A stretch of 64,000 nucleotides of DNA, from positions 3,360,001-3,424,000 of the forward strand of contig CM000155.2 of assembly GCA_000004695.1 (NCBI GenBank), in the 5' to 3' direction. Below the pieces are notes generated by a model, which saw only the letters and a list, made by a program, of their open reading frames with translations, had not been told where the DNA came from and made no database searches. Within the stretch, counting starts at the first letter, position 1. The number at the start of each line of letters is the position of its first letter. The stretch comes from Dictyostelium discoideum. Its lineage: Eukaryota. This document shows, piece after piece, positions 41,165 through 51,969 of this stretch. Position numbers and translations under genes: made by a program.

Positions 41165-42141
41165 TTTTAAATCGTTAATTGAAGTTGTTGATTTTGTTTT
41201 AATTGTATCATCTGTTAAATTATTAGTTGATTGAACTGTATTTTGTACTTTTGAACCTGTTTTTGTTGTTTTATCATCATTATTTCTATCTTCATTATCA
41301 CTGTCATTATTATTATTATTATTGTTATTATTATTTATTAACTGATTTGGATGATAATATTCATTTAAATGATCAAGATTCTAAAATGAATGAATGAATG
41401 ATAAATAAAATATATAGTTAGTTTTCCAAAATAATGTTTTTTTTTTTTTTCATTCTTATTTATTTTGTATTCTTACCTTTCTATAACATTTTGAACCAAA
41501 AGGACATTGTGGTTTAGTATTAGTATTATCTATCTTTTTCTTTTTATTTATATCTTCATTTTCATTATTTTGTTTTTGTTGTTGTAGTTGTTGATGCTGT
41601 TGATGCTGTTGCTGTTGTTGTGAATCAATTTGTTTTCTTTTTTTATCATCTTGACTTTTATTATTATCATTATTATTATTATTATTATTTATTGGTTGAA
41701 AAGTGACTAAAAATGTATACATCTCAAATAAAAGTGAAAAACAATCACCATCTTCTAAAGTATAATTTTGATCTTTTGCCATTTGAACAAAAAATTCTTG
41801 ATTTGCTTTCTTTAAGTATGATGGATTAATACCTGTCTAAAATTATTATTATTTTTGTTAGTAAAAAAAGAAAAAAATAAAAAAATGAAAAAATGAAAAA
41901 AAAAAAAAGAATTAATTTTTGAATTCATATATATATATACATAAATACTTACAGATGAAATGTAAACAGTATCATCATTTAAAGTGATTGTAATTTGTTT
42001 TCTTGAACATTTCTTTTCTTGTAATTGTTCAAATGTTCCTCTACCAATATAATAATTACCAATATCACTACAATTTAAAATTGCACCTTTCAATGAGTCA
42101 TCAATACATTTAATATTTAAACAATTATTTATTTTTTTCAT
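40165..42141 (-). CDS. FHA-domain + PBZ zinc-finger protein with a macro-domain-like C-terminal segment (APLF-like ADP-ribose-signalling / DNA-damage-response protein). The exons are complement(join(40165..40587,40661..41380,41477..41836,41953..42141)) = about 563 aa.
   Basis: All four exons are multiples of 3, and the introns are GTAAGT/GTAAGA/GTATAT...TTTTAG/TATTTAG. Exon 1-2 carries an FHA-like core (DIGNYYIGRGTFEQ...KQITITLNDDTVYISS). Exon 2 ends with the PBZ motif KPQCPFGSKCYRK|NLDHLNEYYHP (C-x-F-G-x-x-C-Y-R-K-N-x-x-H-x5-H) split by the intron. Exon 3 has N/S/T low complexity, then RSLAFPFISTSTFGFNIDDATEISANAISEYL, resembling the macro-domain SIAFPAISTGIYGYP..AA..A block. Confidence 0.6.
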
Positions 42142-42441
42142 TTTCTATAAGTGTTGGTTGGTTGCTTTGAGAAAAAAGAAAATTAAAAAAAAAGAAAAAA
42201 ATTAAAAAAATAAAAATTAAAATTAAAATATTTATAAAAAACATTCAAACTCACTTTTTCCCACAATAAAAATTCCCGCCTAAAAAAAAAAATTTTGGAT
42301 TTCTTATAATTAACACTTAGAAGAAAACATTTTTTGGATTATTAAAATAAAATAAAAAAATAAAAAAAATTTTGTTTAAGAGTGTGTGTGTGTATTGCTT
42401 TTTTTTATTAAAATATTTTATTTTTTTTATTTTATTTTAAA

Positions 42442-44079
42442 TTAATTTAATTCTTGATTAATTTTAATTAATAAAGAATTAAAATAATTTGAATTCTCAG
42501 GTGATTTTGGTACACCTAAACCAAGTTTATACATATTTGATAGATTTGAAATTGCAGGTATACTTTTATTATTTAAATTGAAAGCATTTTGATAACAATA
42601 GAATGCTTTTGAATAATCAACATTTGTACCAAACCCATTGAAATGACAAACACCTTGATTTATATAAGCATCAGAATTACCTAATTCCGAAGCATCAATA
42701 AATAATTGTAATGCTTTTTTATAAGATTGTTCTCTTTTATTCTCACCTCTAAAATATTGTTCACCCAATATCACCATTGCCACTGAATCACCCCTCTCAA
42801 CACCCAATTCCAAATAATGATTAAACATATCCACATCCCTCTCACCAACACCACCAACACCATCCAAATAAAGTGATGCTAAAAATGCTGGTGCTTTACA
42901 ATTACCTTGTTCAATTGATAATTTTAAAAATTTAATTGAATCAATTAATTGTTCCTCCTCCTCCTCTTGATTATTACTATCTCTATTAATAAATGTTGAA
43001 CCTAATATAAAACTTGATTCAGAATCAGATAGTTTTGAAGAACCTTTAATTAAATATTTTAATGCTAATATTAAATGTTCTTCATTATTTAAAGTATCAT
43101 TTGAATAGGATGATAAATAGTATTTACCCAATTCCAATGTTGAGTTAACATCATCGAAATCAGTAGAAGCTTTATCTAACCAATAGATAGCTTGTTTCTC
43201 ATTTTTATCAATATTAAATTTACCATGTAATAAAATTAAACCAAGATTAAATTGAGCAACTGAAAAGTTTTGAATTGCACTTAGATGTAAATATCTTAAC
43301 CCTTTTTCAATTCTTTCTCTTTCACTAATTTCATCTTTAATTAAATTCTCTTTAAATAATACTGATTTCTTTCTTTCCTCTTTTAACCATTTTTTATAAT
43401 CAAATTGTTCTTCTTCATTATTATTATTAATTGATACCCAACCATTACCTAGTAAAACATTATTATCATTATTATTATTATTATTATTATTTGTAATTGT
43501 TGGAAATAATGGTTTAAATAAATTTTCAGTATTATTTAAAATTAATGATAAACCATATGCAAATTGACCTTTTGGATTATTATTATTGTCAGCTGATTTT
43601 CTAAAATATTCTAAAGCAATTTCATTATTCTTTTCAACGAGAATACCTTGAGCATAAAATGTACCTAAATGAAAATCAATCAATTCATCACTCTCCAGTA
43701 TATTTTGTTCTAATTGAATATATTTCTCAACTTCACCAGTTGTCATTTTACCTGTATAATCATCTCTAATCTTATTTAATAATTTTATATATTGATTTTT
43801 TGTTGATAATTCTTCATTATTATTATTAATATTATTATTATTATTATTATTAATATTACTATTATTAATATTACTATTATTTAATATTGTAGTTGGTGGT
43901 ACAGTTATTGATGGATTGTTATTACTATCACTATTATTATTATTATTATAATTATTATTATTATTATTATTTAAAGTAAATTCAATTGGTTTTTGTGTTG
44001 AAATACAAAATGATCTTTTATTATAACAAATTCTTTTAAAGACTTGAACTCTATTAAAAGAGAATTTTAATTTATTCAT
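42442..44079 (-). CDS. Sel1-like (TPR-family) repeat protein with a predicted N-terminal targeting segment. About 545 aa.
   Basis: The first true ATG is at 44077-44079; the track starts 3 codons earlier at a TTG. Multiple Sel1-type repeats are present (A..YF.KSA..GN..AQFNLGLIL..G; YKKALQLFIDASELGNSDAYINQGVCHFNGFGTNVDYSKAFYCYQNA). Confidence 0.65.
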   Translation of the reverse strand: MNKLKFSFNRVQVFKRICYNKRSFCISTQKPIEFTLNNNNNNNYNNNNNSDSNNNPSITVPPTTILNNSNINNSNINNNNNNNINNNNEELSTKNQYIKLLNKIRDDYTGKMTTGEVEKYIQLEQNILESDELIDFHLGTFYAQGILVEKNNEIALEYFRKSADNNNNPKGQFAYGLSLILNNTENLFKPLFPTITNNNNNNNNDNNVLLGNGWVSINNNNEEEQFDYKKWLKEERKKSVLFKENLIKDEISERERIEKGLRYLHLSAIQNFSVAQFNLGLILLHGKFNIDKNEKQAIYWLDKASTDFDDVNSTLELGKYYLSSYSNDTLNNEEHLILALKYLIKGSSKLSDSESSFILGSTFINRDSNNQEEEEEQLIDSIKFLKLSIEQGNCKAPAFLASLYLDGVGGVGERDVDMFNHYLELGVERGDSVAMVILGEQYFRGENKREQSYKKALQLFIDASELGNSDAYINQGVCHFNGFGTNVDYSKAFYCYQNAFNLNNKSIPAISNLSNMYKLGLGVPKSPENSNYFNSLLIKINQELN

Positions 44080-44539
44080 CTCAATCAATCTTCTTTCGTT
44101 AATGAAAAATTAAAAAAATAAAAAAATGAAAAATAAAAAAAAAATAAAAAATTAAAAAAAATAAATTTGAATGATTTTTTTTAAAACATTTAAATTTCAT
44201 ATTCAATAATAATCATGATTATTAAAAATAAATAAATTATTTTTGTTTGGTAATTATTGGTTTTTTTTTTTTTTTTTTTTTATTTTATAATTTTTAAAAA
44301 TTATTGAATAGAAAAAAAAAAAAAAATACAATAAATTCCATTGCCACTAGTCTGGTTACAAGGAATGGAATTTATTGTTTTTTTTTTTTTCCCAATTGAG
44401 AAAAAATAGGGAAATTGATAAAAAGCTTGAAAATGGATTATCGATGGTTCTCTATTATTATTCTAGAAAATTAAAACTAAACAAATATTTGAAAAAAATC
44501 TAGATTTTTTTTATAAAACTAAAAACAACAATAAAATAT

Positions 44540-44579
<40 letters not shown>

Positions 44580-44973
44580 ATTTTGTTTAGTTTTTCAAAT
44601 TTTGTTCCATTAAACACTATCAATTTCCATAAGAAAAATAATATTTGCTTTTTTTAAAATAAAAGGAAAATTAAACAAAAAAAAAACCCTAACATTAATA
44701 TTAACATTCTTTTTAATCCAAACACACAAGAACATCGTTCTTTTTTTAGATATTTTTTTAAAAAAAAAAAAAAAAAAAATTAAAATTAAAAAAAATAAAA
44801 AAAAATAAAAAAAAATAAAAAAAATAAAAAAAAATTAAAATTTTTCTTTTTTTTCAGATTAGATTGTGCCTATTTAAATTTTTTCGCTTTTTAATTTTTT
44901 TTTTTTTTTAATTTCAACTAAACTTGATACAAATACAAAAACAAAAACAAATAAATAAATTAAATTAATAAAC

Positions 44974-45047
44974 ATGGAACCATCATTTAAATTATCATCT
45001 GGTCACAAAATCCCACTCGGTATGAAATTAATTTTATGATAAAAACT

Positions 45048-45085
<38 letters not shown>

Positions 45086-46128
45086 AAAATTCTAACTTTT
45101 TTTTTTTTTTTTTTATTATTATTAGTTGGTTTTGGTACATGGAAAGCTGAAACTACATTAGTTGGTAAAGCTGTTGAAGTTGCTCTCGATGCTGGTTATA
45201 GACACATTGATTGTGCTGCTGTATATTTAGTAAGTTTAATAATTTATTAAATTATAAATTAAATTATTAAATTATTAATTATTATTTTTTTTTTTTTTAT
45301 ATATTTAGAATGAAAAAGAAGTTGGTGAAGCATTCACAAAGAAATTTACAACTGAAGCAACAGTTAAAAGAGAAGATGTTTTCATTACTTCAAAACTTTG
45401 GAATACTTTCCATAAGAAAGAACATGTTAGACCAGCTTTAGAACGTACTTTAAGCGATTTAGGTTTACAATATTTAGATTTATATTTAGTTCATTGGCCA
45501 GTTGCTTTTGAATATACTAGCAATGATATTCAAACAAGTGGTTCAACTCAAGAATTTGTTTCAATTCGTGAAACTTGGGAAGAAATGGAAAAATTAGTTG
45601 ATGCTGGCCTCGTTAAATCAATTGGTCTTTCAAATTTCAATGTTCAAGGTTTAATGGAAGTTTTATCTTATGCTAGAATTAAACCAGCTGTATGTATAAA
45701 ATAATTAATAATAATAATAAATAATAATTAAAATATAAATTTACTAATATATTTTATAAATATAGGCAAACCAAGTTGAATTACATCCATTCCTTTCACA
45801 ACCAGAACTTAAAAAATTCTGTGATAAACATAATATTCATTTAACTGCATACAGTCCATTAGGTAATGGTGCATTCGTTGATAATGAAGAAGTTGGTGCT
45901 ATTGCAAAGAAATATAATAAAACCATTCCAAATGTTTTATGTAAATGGGCAATTCAAAAGAACTTTTCAGTTATTCCAAAATCATCAACACCATCACGTG
46001 TTGCTGAAAACTTTGACCTTTTCAATTTCGAAATCGAAGAAGCTGATATGCTCTTTTTAGATAAAATGGATAAAAATCTCCGTACTTGCGATCCAGCTAA
46101 ATTCTGGGGTGTACCACTTTTCAATTAA
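44974..46128 (+). CDS. alrA: aldo-keto reductase (aldose reductase). The exons are join(44974..45019,45126..45229,45309..45689,45766..46128) = 297 aa.
   Basis: The assembled protein [24 protein letters not shown]...[23 protein letters not shown]...[10 protein letters not shown]...[14 protein letters not shown]...IGLSNFN...[15 protein letters not shown]...[17 protein letters not shown] carries all the AKR1 signatures. The donors are GTATGA, GTAAGT and GTATGT. The length matches the 297 aa I recall for AlrA, and wasA being adjacent fits the same locus. The exact paralog assignment is uncertain. Confidence 0.75.
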
Positions 46129-46239
46129 ATAAATTGAAATATAATAAAATAAAATAAAAACTTTTATTTTTTTTCAATATTAATCAAAATTGTTATTTTT
46201 TATAAGTCTTTTTTTTTTTTTTAAAAGTTTGTGAAGATA

Positions 46240-46925
46240 ATGGTGCACACTATTTCTATTATTATTATAATTTTTATTAATATTTTTTTAGAAAATACTA
46301 AAAATGGAAATAAAAAATTTATATTCCTTAACAAAACCCATACCAATAGTAAAAATTTATGTATTCCCTGCCAATCAAATCTTAAAAAACAAATGGTTTG
46401 TATGGGAAAATAAAATTAAAATAAAAAAAAAAAAAAAAAAAAAAAAATAATTAATAACGTGTGGTGGGGGAGATAAACATACAACTAATATTTAATTTGA
46501 AGTATCATTTCTTACTTGGCTCTAACTTTATTAGTTAATATTACAATTATAATTGTTTTGTTTTTTTTTTTTTTTATAATTTTATTTTTTTTTATTTTTT
46601 TTATATAAAAAGGATAGTATTTTTTTTTTTTTTTTTTTTTTAAGTATTTTATTATTAAAATAAATAGGAATTTAATTTAAAAAGGTAAAAAAAAATAAAT
46701 ATATCAGAAAAACTTTAAAAATAAATAAATATATATATATTAATAGTTTTTTTAAAAAAGATAAAAACAAAAAATAAAAATAATCATACAGGTCGTTATG
46801 CCTGTATTGGAGCTTGTACTGATAAAGATCCAGATTTTTATAAAAACTGTCAAACAGTAAATGGACCATATTGTAAAAAAGTATTAGACAGATGTGATAA
46901 AGAATGTGCAAAAGTTCCATTTTAA
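46240..46925 (+). CDS. small secreted Cys-rich peptide, tentative. The exons are join(46240..46399,46792..46925) = about 97 aa.
   Basis: The ATG at 46240 gives MVHTISIIIIIFINIFL (signal-like). The donor GTATGG is at 46400 (phase 1), and the acceptor ACAG is at 46788-46791. Exon 2 encodes (C)RYACIGACTDKDPDFYKNCQTVNGPYCKKVLDRCDKECAKVPF, which has 8 Cys in 44 aa with normal codon usage. Confidence 0.35.
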
Positions 46926-47172
46926 TTTATTAAAAACTGAAAATAAAAACATATCTTTTATTTTATTATCTATTTTTGAATTACTAAACATATTTAATAT
47001 ATAAAATTTTAATATGAGGCCTTCCTCTAACAATGGTGATCAAAGAGAAGTTCCACTACAATAGTTCTGATATAACAAAAAATATTGAAACTAAGAGATC
47101 TTTTTGATTTTATTGACCATTTTAATTGGTTGCTAAACAATTGTTATTTTTTATCTTATTTTCCATTGCCTA

Positions 47173-47222
47173 ATGTTTAGACTGGAATTGAACCCTTAAC
47201 CTTATAGATGGCTAATAAACAT
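47173..47222 (-). pseudogene. degenerate partial copy of the tRNA-Leu 3' half (variable arm + T arm + acceptor), carrying a B-box-like GGTTCAATTCC. It probably acts as an ex-B box.
   Basis: The minus strand reads ATGTTTATTAGCCATCTATAAGGTTAAGGGTTCAATTCCAGTCTAAACAT, whereas the tRNA 3' half reads ATATCATTGATACAAGGGTTCGAATCCCTTAGCTTAC. It starts 3 nt after the tRNA end. At 50 nt it is too short, and the T stem does not pair. Confidence 0.5.
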
Positions 47223-47224
47223 AT

Positions 47225-47306
47225 TGTAAGCTAAGGGATTCGAACCCTTGTATCAATGATATTGCAGCCTTAATGCAACCCCTTAGACCAGCTCGGGCAA
47301 GCTTAC
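47225..47306 (-). tRNA. tRNA-Leu (anticodon AAG), class II with a long variable arm
   Basis: The minus strand is GTAAGCTTGCCCGAGCTGGTCTAAGGGGTTGCATTAAGGCTGCAATATCATTGATACAAGGGTTCGAATCCCTTAGCTTACA. There is a perfect 7-bp acceptor stem GTAAGCT/AGCTTAC, a Leu/Ser-type D arm (GCCCGAGCTGGTCTAAGGGG), an anticodon stem TTGCA/TGCAA with loop TTAAGGC, a variable hairpin TATCA-TT-GATA, a T arm AAGGG-TTCGAAT-CCCTT and discriminator A. Confidence 0.85.
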
Positions 47307-47769
47307 TTTTTGAAAAATTTATTTTTAATAGAAAATTTTATATCATTAAAAAAAATTTCAAAAAAAATATCCATATTATTCTCTTGATTTTAATTATTTA
47401 TTATGAAAATTTATCCATTACACCTCACTTAATACATCCATAAATATACCCAAAGTCAAACAATACCCACCCCTTACTATAAGGTCATGTAATTAATTAA
47501 TAAAATAATTACATCTCAACAAAATAATAAATTTTAAAAATATTACAAACCATAAAGAAGACTAAAAAAAGTCCAATAACAAAGATAAAATAAGAAAAAA
47601 AAGTAAAATCAAAAAAAAAAAAAAAAAAAAAAGTATAATAAAAATCTCAAAGCATTAATGAAAAAATTAAAATTATATGAAAATTGATTATTAAATATAT
47701 ATATATTTTTTTATAATTATTTTATTTTTTTAAATTATTTTTTTTATTTTTATTTTTATTTTTATTAAT

Positions 47770-48807
47770 TTAGTTTTGATTTTTTTCAATGTAATCAATG
47801 ACAGCGCCAGTGAATTGTTTAGTTGAAGATTTACCACCGATATCAGAAGTTAAGGTACCTTCTTTAATGACGGCTTTAACGGCATTTTCAACTTTGGTAG
47901 CATGTTCATTTAAGCCTAAATGTTTTAACATCATAACAGAGGCTAATAATAAACCGGTTGGATTTGCTTTATCTTTACCGGCGATATCAGCAGCGACGTG
48001 ATGAGCACCCATTTCGAAAATAATACTTCCCTCACCAACATTTGCACCACCAGCCAAACCTGGACCACCAACTAAAGCAGCACCAATATTTGAGACAATA
48101 TTACCATATAAGTTTGGAGTGACCATAACATCGTATTGTTCTGGTGATTTAACCAATTGCATACAACAATTATCAATGATGGTGTTTTCAAATTTAATTT
48201 CTGGATACTCTTTGGCGATTTGAGTGCAAGTTGCAAGGAAGAGACCATCGGTTTGTTTTTGAATGTTTGCTTTGTGAACGGCTGTTACCTTCTTTCTACC
48301 GTTTGCTTTGGCATATTCGAATGCGTAACGAGCAATACGTTCTGATGCTTCTTTGGTTATGATTTTAAGTGATTGGACTACACCTGGTGTCAATACTTGT
48401 TCGAGACCACTGTACTCACCTTGGGTGTTCTCTCTAATGACAACAAAATCAACTAAAACATCGTCGTGACGTGCGGTGATACCTGGAATTTGTTTGCATG
48501 GTACAACGTGAGCATATAAATCTAATGCTTTTCTAAGTTCCATATTTCTTGATTGAGATCCTGATAAAATCTCAGTGTAAAGTGGTCCCTTTAATGCAAC
48601 TTTATTTCTAGTAATTGATGCAATCAATTCTTGTGAAATTGGTTGTCCACCACTAATATCGAAAATTTCCCATTCAATTGGTACTTTGGCTGCTTGGAAT
48701 ACACCCATAACTGATGATGTAATCTCTGGACCAATACCATCACCTGGAATAACTGTAACTGTTTTTTTTTGAACTCCTGATGTATATCCAAGATAATTTC
48801 TAATTGA
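47770..48807 (-). CDS. idhB: NAD+-dependent isocitrate dehydrogenase, regulatory (beta/gamma-type) subunit, mitochondrial. The visible exon is 47770..48807, and the first exon (Met + presequence) is not located.
   Basis: The exon begins after the acceptor TTTTTAG (48808-48814) with SIRNYLGYTSGVQKKTVTVIPGDGIGPEITSSVMGVFQAAKVPIEWE. It is colinear with human IDH3B (KVTAVHKANI..DGLFL; KFETMIIDNCCMQLV / KFENTIIDNCCMQLV; VMPNLYGNI; AGLVGG). The stop TAA is at 47770-47772. Confidence 0.75.
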   Translation of the reverse strand, partial: SIRNYLGYTSGVQKKTVTVIPGDGIGPEITSSVMGVFQAAKVPIEWEIFDISGGQPISQELIASITRNKVALKGPLYTEILSGSQSRNMELRKALDLYAHVVPCKQIPGITARHDDVLVDFVVIRENTQGEYSGLEQVLTPGVVQSLKIITKEASERIARYAFEYAKANGRKKVTAVHKANIQKQTDGLFLATCTQIAKEYPEIKFENTIIDNCCMQLVKSPEQYDVMVTPNLYGNIVSNIGAALVGGPGLAGGANVGEGSIIFEMGAHHVAADIAGKDKANPTGLLLASVMMLKHLGLNEHATKVENAVKAVIKEGTLTSDIGGKSSTKQFTGAVIDYIEKNQN

Positions 48808-48894
48808 CTAAAAATAAATAAATTTAATAATTATTTTAATTTTTAATTAGTATATATAAAAACATTTAATAAAATAATAATAATAATTAAAAAA

Positions 48895-48902
<8 letters not shown>

Positions 48903-48933
<31 letters not shown>

Positions 48934-48945
48934 GGGGAATTCCCG

Positions 48946-48986
<41 letters not shown>
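48903..48986. other. poly(A)28 - TGGGGGGAATTCCCGGG - poly(T)36: an EcoRI(GAATTC)/SmaI(CCCGGG) adaptor-like palindromic motif, probably a cloning/assembly artefact
   Basis: The sequence is aaaa...aaaatggggggaattcccgggtttt...tttt. It is a G/C 17-mer with two restriction sites embedded between homopolymers, in a region where the idhB first exon is missing. Confidence 0.5.
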
Positions 48987-48990
<4 letters not shown>

Positions 48991-49384
48991 ATTATGTGTA
49001 TTGAAAAGAAGAAGAGAAATTGATTATTTGAGAATTGATTTGAATTGATGAATTGATTGGTTGAAATTGAAAAAAAGAAGAGAAATTGATTATTTGAGAA
49101 TTGATTTGAAATTGAAAAAAAAAAAAAAAAATTTGATAAACCACTGAATCACCCACACACACCAACTTTCGTTTTTTTATTATTTTTATAATTTTTTATT
49201 TATTTTTTCCTTTTTATTTTAATAAACAATCAAATATGATTATTACATTTGATGATGAAGCTTTGACAACAGTTCTTAAACGACCCAACATTTTTGTATA
49301 TGTATATATGTATATATGTGTAATCTGACAAACGATAATAAAAAATTTTTTTAATTTTTTTAATTTTTTATTTTTTTTTTTTCA

Positions 49385-49425
<41 letters not shown>

Positions 49426-49801
49426 AAAAAAATATTTTTTAAAAAAAAAAAAAAAAAAAAAAAAGAAAAAAATACAGGTGAGCGATTCACGCGACATACT
49501 TATACTAACTGAATATGATAATATTGCACATAAATGGCTTATTTTTGTATATAAAAAGAATAATTTAAACTACTCCCATTTTTTTATTTTATTGTTTTAT
49601 TCATTTTTATTTTATTATTTTTTTTTTTTTAATTATTAAAATAATTATTGTTTTTTTTTTCATTTTCCAGAAAAAAACAAAAAAAAAATTAACTTTATTA
49701 TTTTCTAATGATATATTTACTCTTTTCCAAAATAATGGATTAACCAAAAAAAAAAAAAAAAAAAAAAAAAGGGTTCAAATTCTATCCAAACTCTGGGGGG
49801 A

Positions 49802-49852
<51 letters not shown>

Positions 49853-50165
49853 TTTAAAATTTTTATTTTTATTTTTTTTTTTTTTTTTTGGATTTTATTG
49901 TTTTCCCTTTCTTTTTTAAAAAAGGAACTCATCAAAAGTCATTTTTAATTAAATTATTCTAAATAAAAAACTTTTCAAAAATTAAAATTAGTAATCAGTG
50001 GTTTATATTACAAATAATTTTTTTTTTTTTTTTATTTTTTTTTTTTTTTTTCATTTTTTTTTTTTTTATATTTTTTTAATTTTTTTCTTTTTTAAAATTT
50101 AAAAAAAAAAAATCATTTTTGTTTTATTCATCAATTGGAAACAATAGAAAAAATCAAAAAAAAAG

Positions 50166-50332
50166 AATGACAGGAAAGGAAGGTTTGTATTTTTTTTATT
50201 TTAATTAATATTATTTTTTAAAAAAAAAAAAAAAAAAAATTTTTATAGTAAAAAAAAACAAATAAAAAAAATTAAAAAAATCCTATGTATTATTACGATT
50301 AATATGGAAAAAAAAAAAAAAAAACCCCAAAC

Positions 50333-50369
<37 letters not shown>

Positions 50370-51303
50370 TTAACATTCTTTTTTTTTTATTTTTTATTTT
50401 TTTATTTTTTTAGAAAATAAACAACAACAACATGTTAATTTTCCATGGAAAAGATTGGTAGCAGGTGCAGTTGCAGGTACAGCAGATGTTTGGGCATGTC
50501 ATCCACTTGATCGTATAAAGACACAACTTCAAAATAATCCAGGTAAATCAATCGTTGGTACATTTGGAGATATTGTTAGTAAAGGTAAAGGATTTACAGG
50601 TGGAGTTAATGCATTATATGAAGGTATTTTACCAATGACAGCAGAGGCAATTTTTAAGGTTGGTATTCGTTACTTTGCATTCAGTTGGTTTACAGAGCAA
50701 TATAAAACCACCGTTTACAAAGGTGAAACATTAAATAAGAAACAACAGTTTGGAGCCAACTTATTAGGTGGTGCATTTGCAGGTACAATCGAGTCATTCG
50801 TAGTGGTTATTCCATGTGAATTATTAAAGGTACGTCATATGACTCAAGAACATAATAAATCATTTGGTACAGTATTTAGAGACGTACTTCGTGAAGAGGG
50901 TTTCCAAGGTTTATACAAAGGTGGTAGTGCAACACTCTTACGTCAAATCACAAATCATATGATACGTTTCCCAACTTTTTATGCAATCTCTGATTATCTC
51001 AAAGGTGGTGATCATTCCGTTCATCTCCCAGTTTGGCAAAATCTTTCAGCTGGTGCCATCGCTGGTACTGCTTCTACCCTCTTCAATAATCCATTAGATA
51101 CAATTAAAACTCGTATGCAAAAACAAGGTCAAAATCAAACAACAATGCAAGTCGTTAGAGGTATCTATCAAGAAACTGGTGTCAAAGGTTATTGGGCTGG
51201 TGTAATCCCAAGAATTTTAAGAGTTGCCCCTGGTCAAGCAATCACTTGGGCTGTTGTTGAATTAGTTATGGGTATTTTAGAACCTTCATCAAAGAAACAT
51301 TAA
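50166..51303 (+). CDS. mitochondrial substrate carrier family protein. The exons are join(50166..50181,50414..51303) = about 301 aa.
   Basis: A 16-nt first exon ATGACAGGAAAGGAAG, donor GTTTGT, acceptor TTTTTTTAG at 50405-50413, phase 1. There are three carrier repeats with P-x-D/E-x-x-K/R signatures (HPLDRIKTQLQ, IPCELLKVRHMTQ, NPLDTIKTRMQ) and six TM helices. Confidence 0.75.
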
Positions 51304-51417
51304 AAATAAAATAAAAAAAAAAAAAAAAAAAAAAATAAAAACAATAAAAACAATAAAAACATATAAAAATAATAATAATAATATAATAAACACATATTTA
51401 TCCAAAAAAAAAAAAAA

Positions 51418-51892
51418 TTAATCATCTTCTTTAAATTTATTATTCTTAACATCTTGTTTTGAAATAATTTTTAAACCAGTTGTATGTTTGAAATCTAAAA
51501 CACCAGCTTTGGAAATTCTGATTGCGAGTTGTTCAATTTTAAATGAATCGATACCACCAAATTCTTCAAAACCAACACATCTATCAACTGCAATACCATT
51601 TGAAAAGAAAACTAATGTTGGTAAAATCCTTATACCTAATTTTCCTGTAAAGAATTGAGCTTTCTCTGCATTAACTTTTAAAAATTTTGTACCTAAATGT
51701 GTTTTTGCTAATATTTCTAAACTTTTATCCAAAATTTTACATCTTTGAAAATCTGAATGATAAAAATGTACAACAACATTATCTGTACCTGTAACTTCTT
51801 TTAAAAAATCTTGTTCATCAATTTCTTTTAATTCACCATGTGTTGATAAAAAGCTTTGTTTTAATTTTGATCTTTTAAAATATTTTAAAAAT

Positions 51893-51930
<38 letters not shown>

Positions 51931-51935
51931 TAGTA

Positions 51936-51969
<34 letters not shown>

